From Pirellulales bacterium (lineage in GTDB: Bacteria; Planctomycetota; Planctomycetia; Pirellulales; UBA1268), in contig JBJTDZ010000133.1 in the NCBI GenBank assembly GCA_046092585.1, forward strand, positions 11,727-75,726: 64,000 nt of DNA, read 5' to 3'. How positions within the stretch are numbered: the first letter of the stretch is position 1; each line of letters starts with the position of its first letter. A program made the translations under genes and the position numbers. Shown here one piece after another: positions 36,503 through 46,010 of this stretch. The notes beneath the pieces are model-generated. The model was not told the origin of the DNA, did no database searches, and was given only the letters and a program-made list of their open reading frames with translations.

Positions 36503-37870
36503 ATGACGACGACGATGCAGCCGCCTCGTTCGGCCACGCGCCCGCGAATCGCCATCGTGGGGGGCGGGCCGGGCGGCCTCCTCACCGCGTGGCACCTCGA
36601 GCGCCAGGCCACCCGCCCTGCGCACGTCACCCTCTTCGAGGCGAGTGGCCGGCTCGGCGGCAAGGTTCTCACGCCCTCGTTCGCCACCGCCCCGGTGCGC
36701 TACGAGGCGGGCGCGGCCGAACTCTACGACTACACCCCGGTGGGTGAGGATCCGCTCCGCGAACTCGTGGCCTCCCTCGGCCTGCCGACCGTGCCACTCG
36801 GCGGAGCCACCGTCGTCACCCCCGACGGTCCAGTTGCCAACCTCGACGACCTCGGCGCCGTGCTCGGCCCCGCGGCGCGGCGAGACCTCGAAGCCTTCGA
36901 CCGGGAGGCCCGCGGGGCGATGACGCGACGGGAGTTCTACGCGGCCGACCAGGCGGCCGCCGATGCCGCCGACACGTTCGCCACGATGCTCGCCGGCTGC
37001 GGCGAGCCGGCCGCCCGCCGCTACGTCGAGACGATGATCCACAGCGACCTGGCGACCGAACCTGGCCTGACGAACGTCGGCTACGGCCTGCAGAACTACC
37101 TCATGAACGATCCGGCCTACATGCGGCTCTACGCGATCGCCGGGGGCAACGAGCGGCTGATCGAGGCGGTGGTGGCCGGCCTGCACGCCGCGATCCGTCT
37201 CCACACCCCCGTGCTCCGGATCGATGCCACTCCCGGCGGCAGGTTCCGCGTGATCACGGCCGGATCACCGTCTGGAAAAGAACTGTTCGACGCCGTGGTG
37301 CTGGCCCTCCCGCTGCAGCACCTCGCCCGCATCGACTCCGACGACGACACCCTCGCCGCGGCTGTCACCACCCACTGCGAAAGGTTCGACCATCCGGCGC
37401 ATTACCTCCGGGTGACGGCGCTCTTCGACGAACCGTTCTGGCGGGGCAGGATCGACGGCGGCTACCTGATGCTCGACGCCTTCGACGGGTGCTGCCTCTA
37501 CGACGAGTCGGCCCGCGAGCCCGAACCGCGTCACGGCGTGCTGGGCTGGCTGCTCGCCGGCACGGCCGCGGCAGCGTGGGCGGGCCGCGACGACGACGCG
37601 ATCGCGGCCGCGGCGCTCGAGAGCCTGCCCCACTGGCTCGGCGATGCCCGCCGGCACCTCCGCGAAGCCCGCGTGCACCGCTGGATCGGGGCGGTGAGCG
37701 GGCTGCCGGGCGGCTGGCGTCCGCCCGCGATCGACCGGCGCCACCAGCCCGCCCCGACGACGCATCCCCACCTGTTCGTCGTCGGCGATTATCTTTTCGA
37801 CAGCACGCTCAACGGGGTGCTCGATTCCGCCCAGCACGTCGCCGGCTGGCTCGCGACCGAGTTCGGTTGA
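36503..37870 (+). CDS. FAD-dependent amine-oxidase-like oxidoreductase
   Basis: IAIVGGGPGGLLTAW dinucleotide-binding motif, and a C-terminal FVVGDY motif typical of the amine oxidase / protoporphyrinogen oxidase fold. Confidence 0.7.
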   Translation: MTTTMQPPRSATRPRIAIVGGGPGGLLTAWHLERQATRPAHVTLFEASGRLGGKVLTPSFATAPVRYEAGAAELYDYTPVGEDPLRELVASLGLPTVPLGGATVVTPDGPVANLDDLGAVLGPAARRDLEAFDREARGAMTRREFYAADQAAADAADTFATMLAGCGEPAARRYVETMIHSDLATEPGLTNVGYGLQNYLMNDPAYMRLYAIAGGNERLIEAVVAGLHAAIRLHTPVLRIDATPGGRFRVITAGSPSGKELFDAVVLALPLQHLARIDSDDDTLAAAVTTHCERFDHPAHYLRVTALFDEPFWRGRIDGGYLMLDAFDGCCLYDESAREPEPRHGVLGWLLAGTAAAAWAGRDDDAIAAAALESLPHWLGDARRHLREARVHRWIGAVSGLPGGWRPPAIDRRHQPAPTTHPHLFVVGDYLFDSTLNGVLDSAQHVAGWLATEFG

Positions 37871-37913
37871 CGGATCCACGCGGCCGGCGCCGGCCGCCCT
37901 TGAAAGGACCCTC

Positions 37914-38693
37914 ATGATCACCAGTTCGCAGCGGCCCGCCCCGGCCATGCCGCCGACCGACGGAGGACTGCCGCACGACGCCACGATCGAACGCCTTCCG
38001 CTGGCCGACGGCGGTGTGTTCGAAGTCGCGGTGCTCGCCGGGCCGACCATCGACGCGGCGGAGCACGACGCCGCGGCTGCCGACCTCGTCGGCCGGGCTG
38101 TCACCTGGGCCGCCGCCACGGCCGGCGAACCGCCGCTCGCGGTGCCGCTCTACGGCACGCACGTGGTGTGGAGTCCGCGGCGCGGCGTGGCGATCGGCCC
38201 CGCGGACAGGCTGCCGGCGATGCGGGCGGCGCTCGTCGAGTTCGCCGACCGGGAGGCCGAACTCCGCGACGTCGAGCGACGGCTCGGCGGCCTGCTCGAG
38301 CACATCGACGGCGATGCACCGCTCGCCTTCGAGTTCGACGAGGTGGCGCTGCCGCGGCGGCGGGAACTCGCCGCCCGGTTCCGGGAAGGCGTGTCGCTGC
38401 GGCGCCGACTGGCGATGCTCGCGCCCGCCGTGCAGCGCCCGCCTCCGCAGCCGCCGACCCTGGCGGGCCAGGTGGGCGAGCGGCTTCGCGACCGCACGCG
38501 GCTCGTCGAGCGGCTCGAGCACGCGGTCGAGCAGGCCGAGCTCGTGGATCGGGTGTATGCCGGCTGCGGCGAGCGGGCTGCCGAGTTCGTCACCTCGCGG
38601 CGTCACGCCACGCTCGAGTGGGTGATCATCCTGCTGCTCGCGGCCGAGGTGGTGCTGATCACCGTCGACCTGCTGGCGACCCGCGGATCATGA
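37914..38693 (+). CDS. Hypothetical protein with C-terminal TM helix (possibly RMD1/DUF155-like)
   Basis: 259 aa, helical Arg/Glu-rich middle, terminal ATLEWVIILLLAAEVVLITVDLLA. The DUF155 resemblance is from memory only. Its stop overlaps the next start (ATGA). Confidence 0.45.
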   Translation: MITSSQRPAPAMPPTDGGLPHDATIERLPLADGGVFEVAVLAGPTIDAAEHDAAAADLVGRAVTWAAATAGEPPLAVPLYGTHVVWSPRRGVAIGPADRLPAMRAALVEFADREAELRDVERRLGGLLEHIDGDAPLAFEFDEVALPRRRELAARFREGVSLRRRLAMLAPAVQRPPPQPPTLAGQVGERLRDRTRLVERLEHAVEQAELVDRVYAGCGERAAEFVTSRRHATLEWVIILLLAAEVVLITVDLLATRGS

Positions 38694-39811
38694 CCGCTCG
38701 CCGCCCCTCGATGCGACTGGCGTCGATCGACGTGCTCCGGGCCGTGGCCATCGTGCTGATGACGGTGGTGCACTTCGTGGAAAACCTCGCCGGCTCCTGG
38801 GACTTTGTCGACGGGCCGTTTCTCGGCGCCTACCGCTACTGGTGGCTGCCGACCGGCTTTGCGGCCCCGATGTTCACGTTTCTCTCCGGGGCGAGCTACC
38901 GGCTCTGGTCCGACGCCCAGCGTGCCCGGGGCCGCAGCGATGCCGCGCTCACGAAGATCACGATCCGCCGCGGCCTGTTCCTCATGTTCCTCGGCTTTTT
39001 GTTCAACGTGCTCGTGTGGATGCCGGAGGATGTCTTCAACTGGGACATCCTCACGCTGATCGGCATCGCGACGCTCGCGTTCGCCATCGCCCGGCGCGTG
39101 CCCGCCGCGGTCACCCTCCTGGCCTGCGGGCTGCTCGTGGCGCTCGCGCCGCCGCTGCGGGTGGTCGCCGACTACCGCACCGCGTGGTCGTCGGGCTTCT
39201 TCGACTACGAGTTTGTTCTCGGCGACGTGGTGCGGGGCTGCCTCGTCACCGGCTACTTTCCCGTCTTCCCGTGGCTCGCCCTGCCGCTCGCCGGCTTTGT
39301 CGCCGCGCCGTCGCTCTACGGCGAGCGTCCGAGCCGCTCGGCGCTGGCCGTCGGCGTGCTGCTGCTCGCTGCGGCCGCCTGCCTCATGGCCGCGCGGCCG
39401 CTCGTGCCGGCGCAGCTCGTGACGACCGACCGGCTCTGGTCGATGTTTCCGCCGACGACGCCCTACATTCTCGGGACAATCGGCGGCGTGATGGTGCTGG
39501 CCACGCTGCTCCATCGCGGCCTCGACGGCCGCTCCACCGGTGGTCCGCTTCTGCAGGTCGCGGGGGCGATGAGCCGGCACTCCCTCTCGCTCTACATCCT
39601 CCATCACGTGGCCCATGTCTGGCCGCTCTGGCTGGCGGGCTTCGTCACCACCGGCGATCCCACCGCGCTCTGGCAGGTGGCCACGCCGGTCTCGACCGCG
39701 ATCTGCTGGGCCGCGGCGTGCCTGTTCCTGATGGCCTGGCTGGCAGACCGCATGGGCCGCCCGGGCGGCCTTTCGGCAGAATCGGTGCTTCGCTGGCTCT
39801 GCGAGCCGTGA
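38690..39811 (+). CDS. DUF1624 / heparan-alpha-glucosaminide N-acetyltransferase-like membrane acyltransferase
   Basis: 373 aa from MTARRPSMRLASIDVLRAVAIVLMTVVHF (the family's N-terminal signature). About 9 TM helices. Confidence 0.6.
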   Translation: MTARRPSMRLASIDVLRAVAIVLMTVVHFVENLAGSWDFVDGPFLGAYRYWWLPTGFAAPMFTFLSGASYRLWSDAQRARGRSDAALTKITIRRGLFLMFLGFLFNVLVWMPEDVFNWDILTLIGIATLAFAIARRVPAAVTLLACGLLVALAPPLRVVADYRTAWSSGFFDYEFVLGDVVRGCLVTGYFPVFPWLALPLAGFVAAPSLYGERPSRSALAVGVLLLAAAACLMAARPLVPAQLVTTDRLWSMFPPTTPYILGTIGGVMVLATLLHRGLDGRSTGGPLLQVAGAMSRHSLSLYILHHVAHVWPLWLAGFVTTGDPTALWQVATPVSTAICWAAACLFLMAWLADRMGRPGGLSAESVLRWLCEP

Positions 39812-39891
39812 TCCGCACGCCGCGATCCGCCAGGAACGTTTCCCCCGAGAGCATTCCCCGCGTGCCCAACGCCGACGCCTCCAACCGCGGC

Positions 39892-41124
39892 ATGCGGTAC
39901 GCCCGCTCCGCCTGGATCCTGCTCGACTGGGCCGCCAGCGCCTTCTCCACGGTGCTGATCACGCTCGTCGTCGCCTACGTCGAGAAACTGGTGTTTCGGG
40001 ACGGAGCCTGGGGCATGCCCTCGGGAGTGATCTGGGCGTGGACGCTCGCCGCGGCCATGCTCGCCTCCGCGCTGCTCACACCGTGGGCCGCCGCCTGGGC
40101 CGACCGGCGGCTGGCCCACAAGCGGGCTCTGCTCACGAGCACCCTCGTCGGGGCAGGGGGCCTCGTGGCGCTCGCCGCGGCACCACCCGAAGCGCAGCCT
40201 GCGGTCGTGGCCGCGATCGTGGTGTCGTGCGTGGGCTTCGACCTCGCGCAGGTGTTCACGGGAAGCCTGCTGCCGCGGATCGCCGCCGACGGCGCCGCCG
40301 ACCGGCTGTCGGCCCGGGGATTCGCCGCGGGCTACGCCGGCGGCGCGATCGCCCTGATGGCCGCCACCGCGGTCGTCGCGGCGCACGAGCGGCTCGGGCT
40401 CTCCGTGGCAGGCGGGCTGCGGGCGGCCTTCGCGGTGACGGCCTCGTGGTGGGTCGTGTTTTCACTACCGGCGGCTGCAGCCCGCTTCGGCCATGCGGCC
40501 GCGCAGCGGCATGCCGCGTCGTCGGCGGCTGAACTGCTCGGCTTTGCCCGCAGCCTCGTCCGGCCGGCGGAGACGGGCGTGGCGGCCCGCCTGGCCACGA
40601 TCCTCGCGGGCGCGATGCTCACGCTCGGGGCGGTGCAGACGGCCATCGCGCAGTTCTCGAGCCTCGCGCTCGAACGCTTCGACCTCGACGGTCCCGCCCT
40701 CGTGCGGCTCGTGCTCCTCGTGCAGTTCGTCGCGTTGCCCGGCGCGCTCGTCGTCGGCTGGTTCTCGACCCGCTTCGGCCGCCAGGCCGCGGCCGTGCTC
40801 TGCCTCGCCGGCTGGATCCTCGTGCTCGTGCTCGCCTGCTTCGTCGAAACCACGTCGCAACTGCATGCCCTCGCGGTGCTCCTCGCCCTCGTGCTCGGCG
40901 GGATCCAGAGCGTGGTGCGGGCCCTCGTGGCGGTGCTGGCGCCCGCCGGACGCGCAGGGGTCACCTTCGGCCTCCTGCAGGTCGGCACGAAGCTGGCCGG
41001 CTGCGCGGCGAACCTCGCCTTCGGCGCGGTGCAGCTGGCCACCGGAGTGCCGCAGATGGGCCTCGTCGCCCTGATCGTGCAGCTGGTTCTCGCCGCGTGG
41101 CTCTTGGTCGCCCGTCGGCGGTGA
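39892..41124 (+). CDS. MFS transporter, UMF1 (Atg22-like) family
   Basis: SAWILLDWAASAFSTVLITLVVAYV N-terminal signature. 12 TM-like helices. The start may lie slightly upstream. Confidence 0.65.
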   Translation: MRYARSAWILLDWAASAFSTVLITLVVAYVEKLVFRDGAWGMPSGVIWAWTLAAAMLASALLTPWAAAWADRRLAHKRALLTSTLVGAGGLVALAAAPPEAQPAVVAAIVVSCVGFDLAQVFTGSLLPRIAADGAADRLSARGFAAGYAGGAIALMAATAVVAAHERLGLSVAGGLRAAFAVTASWWVVFSLPAAAARFGHAAAQRHAASSAAELLGFARSLVRPAETGVAARLATILAGAMLTLGAVQTAIAQFSSLALERFDLDGPALVRLVLLVQFVALPGALVVGWFSTRFGRQAAAVLCLAGWILVLVLACFVETTSQLHALAVLLALVLGGIQSVVRALVAVLAPAGRAGVTFGLLQVGTKLAGCAANLAFGAVQLATGVPQMGLVALIVQLVLAAWLLVARRR

Positions 41125-41546
41125 GCCCGCGGCCCTGCCTCCGCCCGCATTGTGGACCGACGAGTTCTCGGCGCTACGGGCGGCGCCGCCCCGACGAGGC
41201 GCCTCTCCACAAGGTCGTGTCCCTGAACCTCGAGAGCTGGCTTCCGTAACGCAAGAACGCCGAGCGGCCCGCGGGGCAGCGAGCACGTCGCCCACACCGC
41301 CAGCCCGATGCTACCGTTGCGACCGTGCCGCCTCCATGTCTTACCCGGGTTTTTCACCCCGGCGACGTCTCGCTGGCCGTGGCGCCGTGGGCGGCGACCT
41401 TCCGATGCGACCTACGAATACGTATGTTTTTGCACGTTCCGACACCCTGTTCGGATTCGCGTCGGCGGGGTAAGACTTGTGCACCGGCAGGGGCGAACGC
41501 GCCTCCGAAGCCGGTTGCACGGCCCAATTTCCCGAGGGATGGCACC

Positions 41547-42863
41547 ATGGCGAACGGTGATGGATCGGCGGCGAACATGCCCGCGTCTCCGCGGGTCTCG
41601 CGGCGGGCGTTTGCCCGTGGAACCGCCGGGGGCGCCGCAGCGGCCCTGATGGTCCATTCGTCGCTGGCGGCCGCGGAGGAGACTCGCGAGATCCGGCTCG
41701 GGGTCATCGGCTGCGGCGGACGGGGCAGCGGCGCGATCAACGATTCGCTCACGATCAACGAGGGGGTGCGGCTCGTCGCAACGGCGGATCTCTACGCACC
41801 GAAATGCGCGTCACTCTGGAAGGCGTTGCGGCAGGCCCATCCGAACAAGGTGGCCGACGAGGACGTCATTGCGGCAGGACTCGACGGGTACAAGCGGGTG
41901 CTCGACGACAAGAACGTCGACCTGGTGCTGATCACCACCTCGCCCGGATTTCGACCCTGGTATGTGCGGGAGGCCATCGCCGCCGGGAAGCACGTGTTTG
42001 CGGAGAAGCCCGGGTGCGTCGATCCGGCAGGCTACCGGCTCTGCCTCGAGGCCCATGCGGCGGCCGTCGCGAAGGGCGTGGCGGTCGTGGGGGGCACCCA
42101 GTATCGCCGGCAGGTCAACTATGTCGGTGCCGTGGAGCAGATCCGCAACGGGGCGATCGGCGACGTGATCGGGGCGACGACCCGCTACTGCAGCGGAGGC
42201 ATCTGGTATCGCCCGCGGACGGAAGGCATGAGCGACGCGGAATACCAGCTCAACAACTGGATGCACTTCATCTGGCTGAGCGGCGACCAGATCGCCGAGC
42301 AGGCCGTGCACAACCTCGACACGATCAACTGGGTGATGGGAGCGAATCCCGTGGCCGTGTTCGGATCGGGCGGACGGTTCACCCGCCCCGACGACAGCGA
42401 AATGTGGGACAGCGTCAGCCTCGACTACGAGTATCCTGGCAACCGGACCGTGTCGTTCATGTGCCGGCAGATTCCCGGCGCGGCCAGCGACGTCGGCACC
42501 GTGATCTACGGCACCAAGGGCCAGTGCCACATCGGGGCCTCCAACGCGGGATCGCGGATTTTCGACCGCGAGGGGAAGAAGGCCTGGGAGATGGGCGGCA
42601 GCATCGCCGCCGCCTACGAGCAGGAGCACAAGGATCTCGTCGACTCCATCCGCGCAGGGAAGCCGATCGTGGAACTCGAGCAGCTCGCCAACAGTTCGAT
42701 GGTGGCGGTGATGGGCCGCATGGCCGCCTACACCGGCCAGCGTGTGACCTGGAAGTTCGCCACCGAGGAGTCGAAGCTCGACCTCTTCCCCAAGGATCTC
42801 ACCTGGGAGTCGGCGCTGCCGAAGCCGCAGTTCGCCATTCCGGGAAAGACCAAACTCATCTGA
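41547..42863 (+). CDS. Gfo/Idh/MocA-family oxidoreductase with twin-arginine signal
   Basis: SRRAFARGTAGGAAAALMV TAT signal, LGVIGCGGRGSGA Rossmann motif, EKP motif (VFAEKP). Confidence 0.85.
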   Translation: MANGDGSAANMPASPRVSRRAFARGTAGGAAAALMVHSSLAAAEETREIRLGVIGCGGRGSGAINDSLTINEGVRLVATADLYAPKCASLWKALRQAHPNKVADEDVIAAGLDGYKRVLDDKNVDLVLITTSPGFRPWYVREAIAAGKHVFAEKPGCVDPAGYRLCLEAHAAAVAKGVAVVGGTQYRRQVNYVGAVEQIRNGAIGDVIGATTRYCSGGIWYRPRTEGMSDAEYQLNNWMHFIWLSGDQIAEQAVHNLDTINWVMGANPVAVFGSGGRFTRPDDSEMWDSVSLDYEYPGNRTVSFMCRQIPGAASDVGTVIYGTKGQCHIGASNAGSRIFDREGKKAWEMGGSIAAAYEQEHKDLVDSIRAGKPIVELEQLANSSMVAVMGRMAAYTGQRVTWKFATEESKLDLFPKDLTWESALPKPQFAIPGKTKLI

Positions 42864-42895
42864 CCAGGCCCGCCGCCACCGCAGGAGGCATCGTC

Positions 42896-44872
42896 ATGTC
42901 CGCATCCAGCCGCCCCACCAGCCGGCCATCCTCCGCCGCGCCGATCTACCGTGGCCCCTTGCCGCACGTGACCACCGTCGAGCGGATTCCGGTCACGGTG
43001 TACGACCAGCCGGCCGACGCGAGTCGGGCGGTGGCCCGCGAAATCGCCGACCTCGTCCGCGAGCGGGCGGCGGCGGGCCGCACGACGGTGCTCGGGCTCG
43101 CGACCGGCAGCACGCCCGTGGGCGTCTACGACGAGTTGATCCGGCTCCACCGCGAGGAAGGTGTCTCGTTCAAGACCGTGGTCACGTTCAACCTCGACGA
43201 GTACTGGCCCATGCAGCCCGACGCGCTGCAGAGCTATCACCGCTTCATGCGGGAGCACCTCTTCGATCACCTCGACATCACCGCCGACGCGATCCACATT
43301 CCCGATGGGACACTGGCCAGGCACGACATCAATGCCGCCTGTGCCGCATACGAACAGGCCATCCGTGACGCCGGCGGCATCGACCTGCAGCTCCTCGGCA
43401 TCGGCCGCACGGGGCACATCGGCTTCAACGAACCCGGCAGCACCGTCGAAAGCCGCACCCGCCTGATCACGCTCGACAGCGTCACCCGCGCGGACGCCGC
43501 CTCCGATTTCTTCGGGGAGTGGAACGTGCCGCGACAGGCGATCACGATGGGCGTGGGCACCATCCTCGACGCGCGGCGGGTCGTGCTGCTCGCCTTCGGA
43601 GAGCACAAGGCGCCGATCGTGCGACGGGCCGTCGAGGAGCCGCCGTGCAGCCATGTGTCGGCGAGCGCGTTGCAGCAGCATGCCGATGGGCGGTTCGTGC
43701 TCGACCGGGCGGCGGCCGCCCGGCTTTCGCGGTTCGAGCAGCCGTGGGTGGTGGGGCCGCTCGACTCGATGGGGCTCGAGTGGACGCCCCAGCTCACGAA
43801 GAAGGCGGTGATCTGGCTGTCGCGAAAGACGGGCAAGCCGATCCTCAAGCTCACCGACGCCGACTACAACGAGCACTCGCTGCAGGACCTGCTCTCCAGC
43901 CGTGGCCGGGCCTACGACGTCAACATCGAGGTCTTCAAGGCGATGCAGGGCACGATCACCGGCTGGCCGGGAGGCAGGCCCGGTGGCAGTCGCGGGGTGC
44001 CCGGAGGCTCCGATGCGTTTCCCAAGCGGGTGATCGTCTTCAGCCCGCACCCCGACGACGACGTGATCAGCATGGGCGGCACGTTCATCCGGCTCTGCGA
44101 GCAGGGACACGACGTGCACGTGGCCTACCAGACGAGCGGCAACATCGCCGTCTGGGACGAGTCGGCCGACCGCCACGTCGACTTCGTGGAGGAGTTCTGC
44201 AAGGCGTTTGGCGTGGGGTCGAAGACATCCGGGATCGCCGATCGGATCAGGCAGTTTCTCAAGACGAAGTCGGCGGGCGCCGTCGACATCCCGGAACTGC
44301 AGACGGTGAAGGGGCTGATCCGCCGCACCGAGGCCCGCGCGGGAGCCCGCTACTCCGGCGTGAAGCCCGACAACATCCATTTCCTCGACCTGCCGTTCTA
44401 CGAGACCGGCCGCGTCCGCAAGAAGCCGATCGGCCCCGACGACATCGCGATCACCGTCGACCTGCTGGAACGGGTCAAGCCCCACCAGGTGTACGCCGCC
44501 GGCGATCTCTCCGACCCCCACGGCACCCACCGCGTCTGCCTGGCCGCCATCCTGGGGGCGCTCGCCGAGGTGAAGCGTCGCGACTGGGCCAAGGACTGTC
44601 AGCTCTGGCTGTATCGGGGGGCCTGGCAGGAATGGGAACCGCACGAGATCGAGATGGCGGTGCCGCTCTCGCCCGACGAGGTCGAGCGGAAACGCATGGC
44701 GATCTTCAAGCACGAGAGCCAGAAGGACAGGGCGCTCTTCCCGGGCGCGTCCGACCCGCGGGAGTTCTGGCAGCGTGCCGAGGACCGCAACCGGGAAACG
44801 GCGCGTCTCTACGACAAACTCGGCCTGCCGGAATACGAGGCAATCGAGGGATTCGTACGGCAGGACTACTAG
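42896..44872 (+). CDS. nagB: Glucosamine-6-phosphate deaminase fused to an LmbE/PIG-L-type deacetylase domain
   Basis: AGGAGG 8 nt upstream of the ATG. N-terminal NagB (LGLATGSTPVGVY, LLGIGRTGHIGFNEPGS). C-terminal PIG-L (VIVFSPHPDDDVISMGGT, DPHGTHR). Confidence 0.85.
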   Translation: MSASSRPTSRPSSAAPIYRGPLPHVTTVERIPVTVYDQPADASRAVAREIADLVRERAAAGRTTVLGLATGSTPVGVYDELIRLHREEGVSFKTVVTFNLDEYWPMQPDALQSYHRFMREHLFDHLDITADAIHIPDGTLARHDINAACAAYEQAIRDAGGIDLQLLGIGRTGHIGFNEPGSTVESRTRLITLDSVTRADAASDFFGEWNVPRQAITMGVGTILDARRVVLLAFGEHKAPIVRRAVEEPPCSHVSASALQQHADGRFVLDRAAAARLSRFEQPWVVGPLDSMGLEWTPQLTKKAVIWLSRKTGKPILKLTDADYNEHSLQDLLSSRGRAYDVNIEVFKAMQGTITGWPGGRPGGSRGVPGGSDAFPKRVIVFSPHPDDDVISMGGTFIRLCEQGHDVHVAYQTSGNIAVWDESADRHVDFVEEFCKAFGVGSKTSGIADRIRQFLKTKSAGAVDIPELQTVKGLIRRTEARAGARYSGVKPDNIHFLDLPFYETGRVRKKPIGPDDIAITVDLLERVKPHQVYAAGDLSDPHGTHRVCLAAILGALAEVKRRDWAKDCQLWLYRGAWQEWEPHEIEMAVPLSPDEVERKRMAIFKHESQKDRALFPGASDPREFWQRAEDRNRETARLYDKLGLPEYEAIEGFVRQDY

Positions 44873-44883
44873 ACTTCGAGACG

Positions 44884-44920
44884 AGGCGAGGGGGTCGGTG
44901 AACGCTCGAGGAGCGTTGGG
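44884..44920 (+). repeat. 37-nt interspersed element (family 3)
   Basis: AGGCGAGGGGGTCGGTGAACGCTCGAGGAGCGTTGGG with internal hairpin AACGCTC-GAG-GAGCGTT. A second copy lies at 49395-49431 (2 substitutions). Both sit just 3' of plus-strand genes. Confidence 0.8.
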
Positions 44921-44953
44921 TACAGGCCCGGTGATCCATTCGGAAACAGGTGC

Positions 44954-45982
44954 ATGACGAAAAAGTACAACGTGGGCGTCATCGGCTACGGCTGGGCGGC
45001 CACCGCGCACATCGCCGCGATCAACGCCACGACACAGGGCCGCGTGGCCGCGGTGTGGTCGTCACGGCCGCTCGACGCCGGGGAACTCGCCGCGAAGCAC
45101 GGCGGGCCGATCAAGGCCTACCGTGAACTCGACGCGATGCTCGCCGACCCCGACCTCCACGTGGTCGACATCACGAGCTACCCGAGCCAGCACCGCGATC
45201 AGGCTGTGGCGGCCGCCAAGGCGAAGAAGCACGTGATTCTCGAGAAGCCGATGGCCAACACGCCGGAGGAGGTCCGTGACATCGTCGAGGCCGCCGAGGC
45301 CAACGGCGTGCGGGGATGCGTCTGCTTCGAGTGCCGCTACTCCAACCAGTTCCAGGTCACGAAGGCGCTGCTCGACGAGGGGCTGCTGGGCACGCTCCAC
45401 TACGGCGAGGTCGACTACTACCACGGCATCGGCCCATGGTATGGCCAATACCGCTGGAACACGGGCAAGAAGGACGGCGGCAGCGCGCTGCTCACCGCCG
45501 GCTGCCACGCGCTCGACGCGCTCCTCATGCTGATGGGCGGCGACGTGGAGATGGTCACGAGCCTGAGCACGAAATCATCGAGCCCGATCTTCGCCCCGTA
45601 CGAATACGACACGTCGAGCGTCACGCTCCTCCACTTCAAGGGCGGAGCGGTGGGCAAGACGGCCGCGATCGTTGACTGCCTGCAGCCCTACTACTTCCAC
45701 ACGCATCTCGTGGGCAGCGAGGGGAGCCTGCTCGACGACCGCTTCCATTCGATGAAGCTCAAGGCCGACAAGGGGCACTGGAGCCGGCTGTCGATGAAAA
45801 TGCTCGACTCGGGCGACGTGAGCGACCATCCCTACCAGGCGCAGTTCCAGGCCTTCTTCGACGCGCTCGACGCCGGCCGCGACATGCCGCTGACGAGCTT
45901 CCGGGACGCCCGCCGGACGTTCGACGTGATCTTCGCCGCCGACGCCAGCGCCGCCCAGGGCGGCCGGCCGGTTCGCCTCTGA
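44954..45982 (+). CDS. Gfo/Idh/MocA-family oxidoreductase (cytoplasmic)
   Basis: VGVIGYGWAA Rossmann start, EKPMA motif. No signal peptide. Confidence 0.85.
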   Translation: MTKKYNVGVIGYGWAATAHIAAINATTQGRVAAVWSSRPLDAGELAAKHGGPIKAYRELDAMLADPDLHVVDITSYPSQHRDQAVAAAKAKKHVILEKPMANTPEEVRDIVEAAEANGVRGCVCFECRYSNQFQVTKALLDEGLLGTLHYGEVDYYHGIGPWYGQYRWNTGKKDGGSALLTAGCHALDALLMLMGGDVEMVTSLSTKSSSPIFAPYEYDTSSVTLLHFKGGAVGKTAAIVDCLQPYYFHTHLVGSEGSLLDDRFHSMKLKADKGHWSRLSMKMLDSGDVSDHPYQAQFQAFFDALDAGRDMPLTSFRDARRTFDVIFAADASAAQGGRPVRL

Positions 45983-46010
45983 AGCAGCCACCCCTCCCGG
46001 AGTCCCCTCG

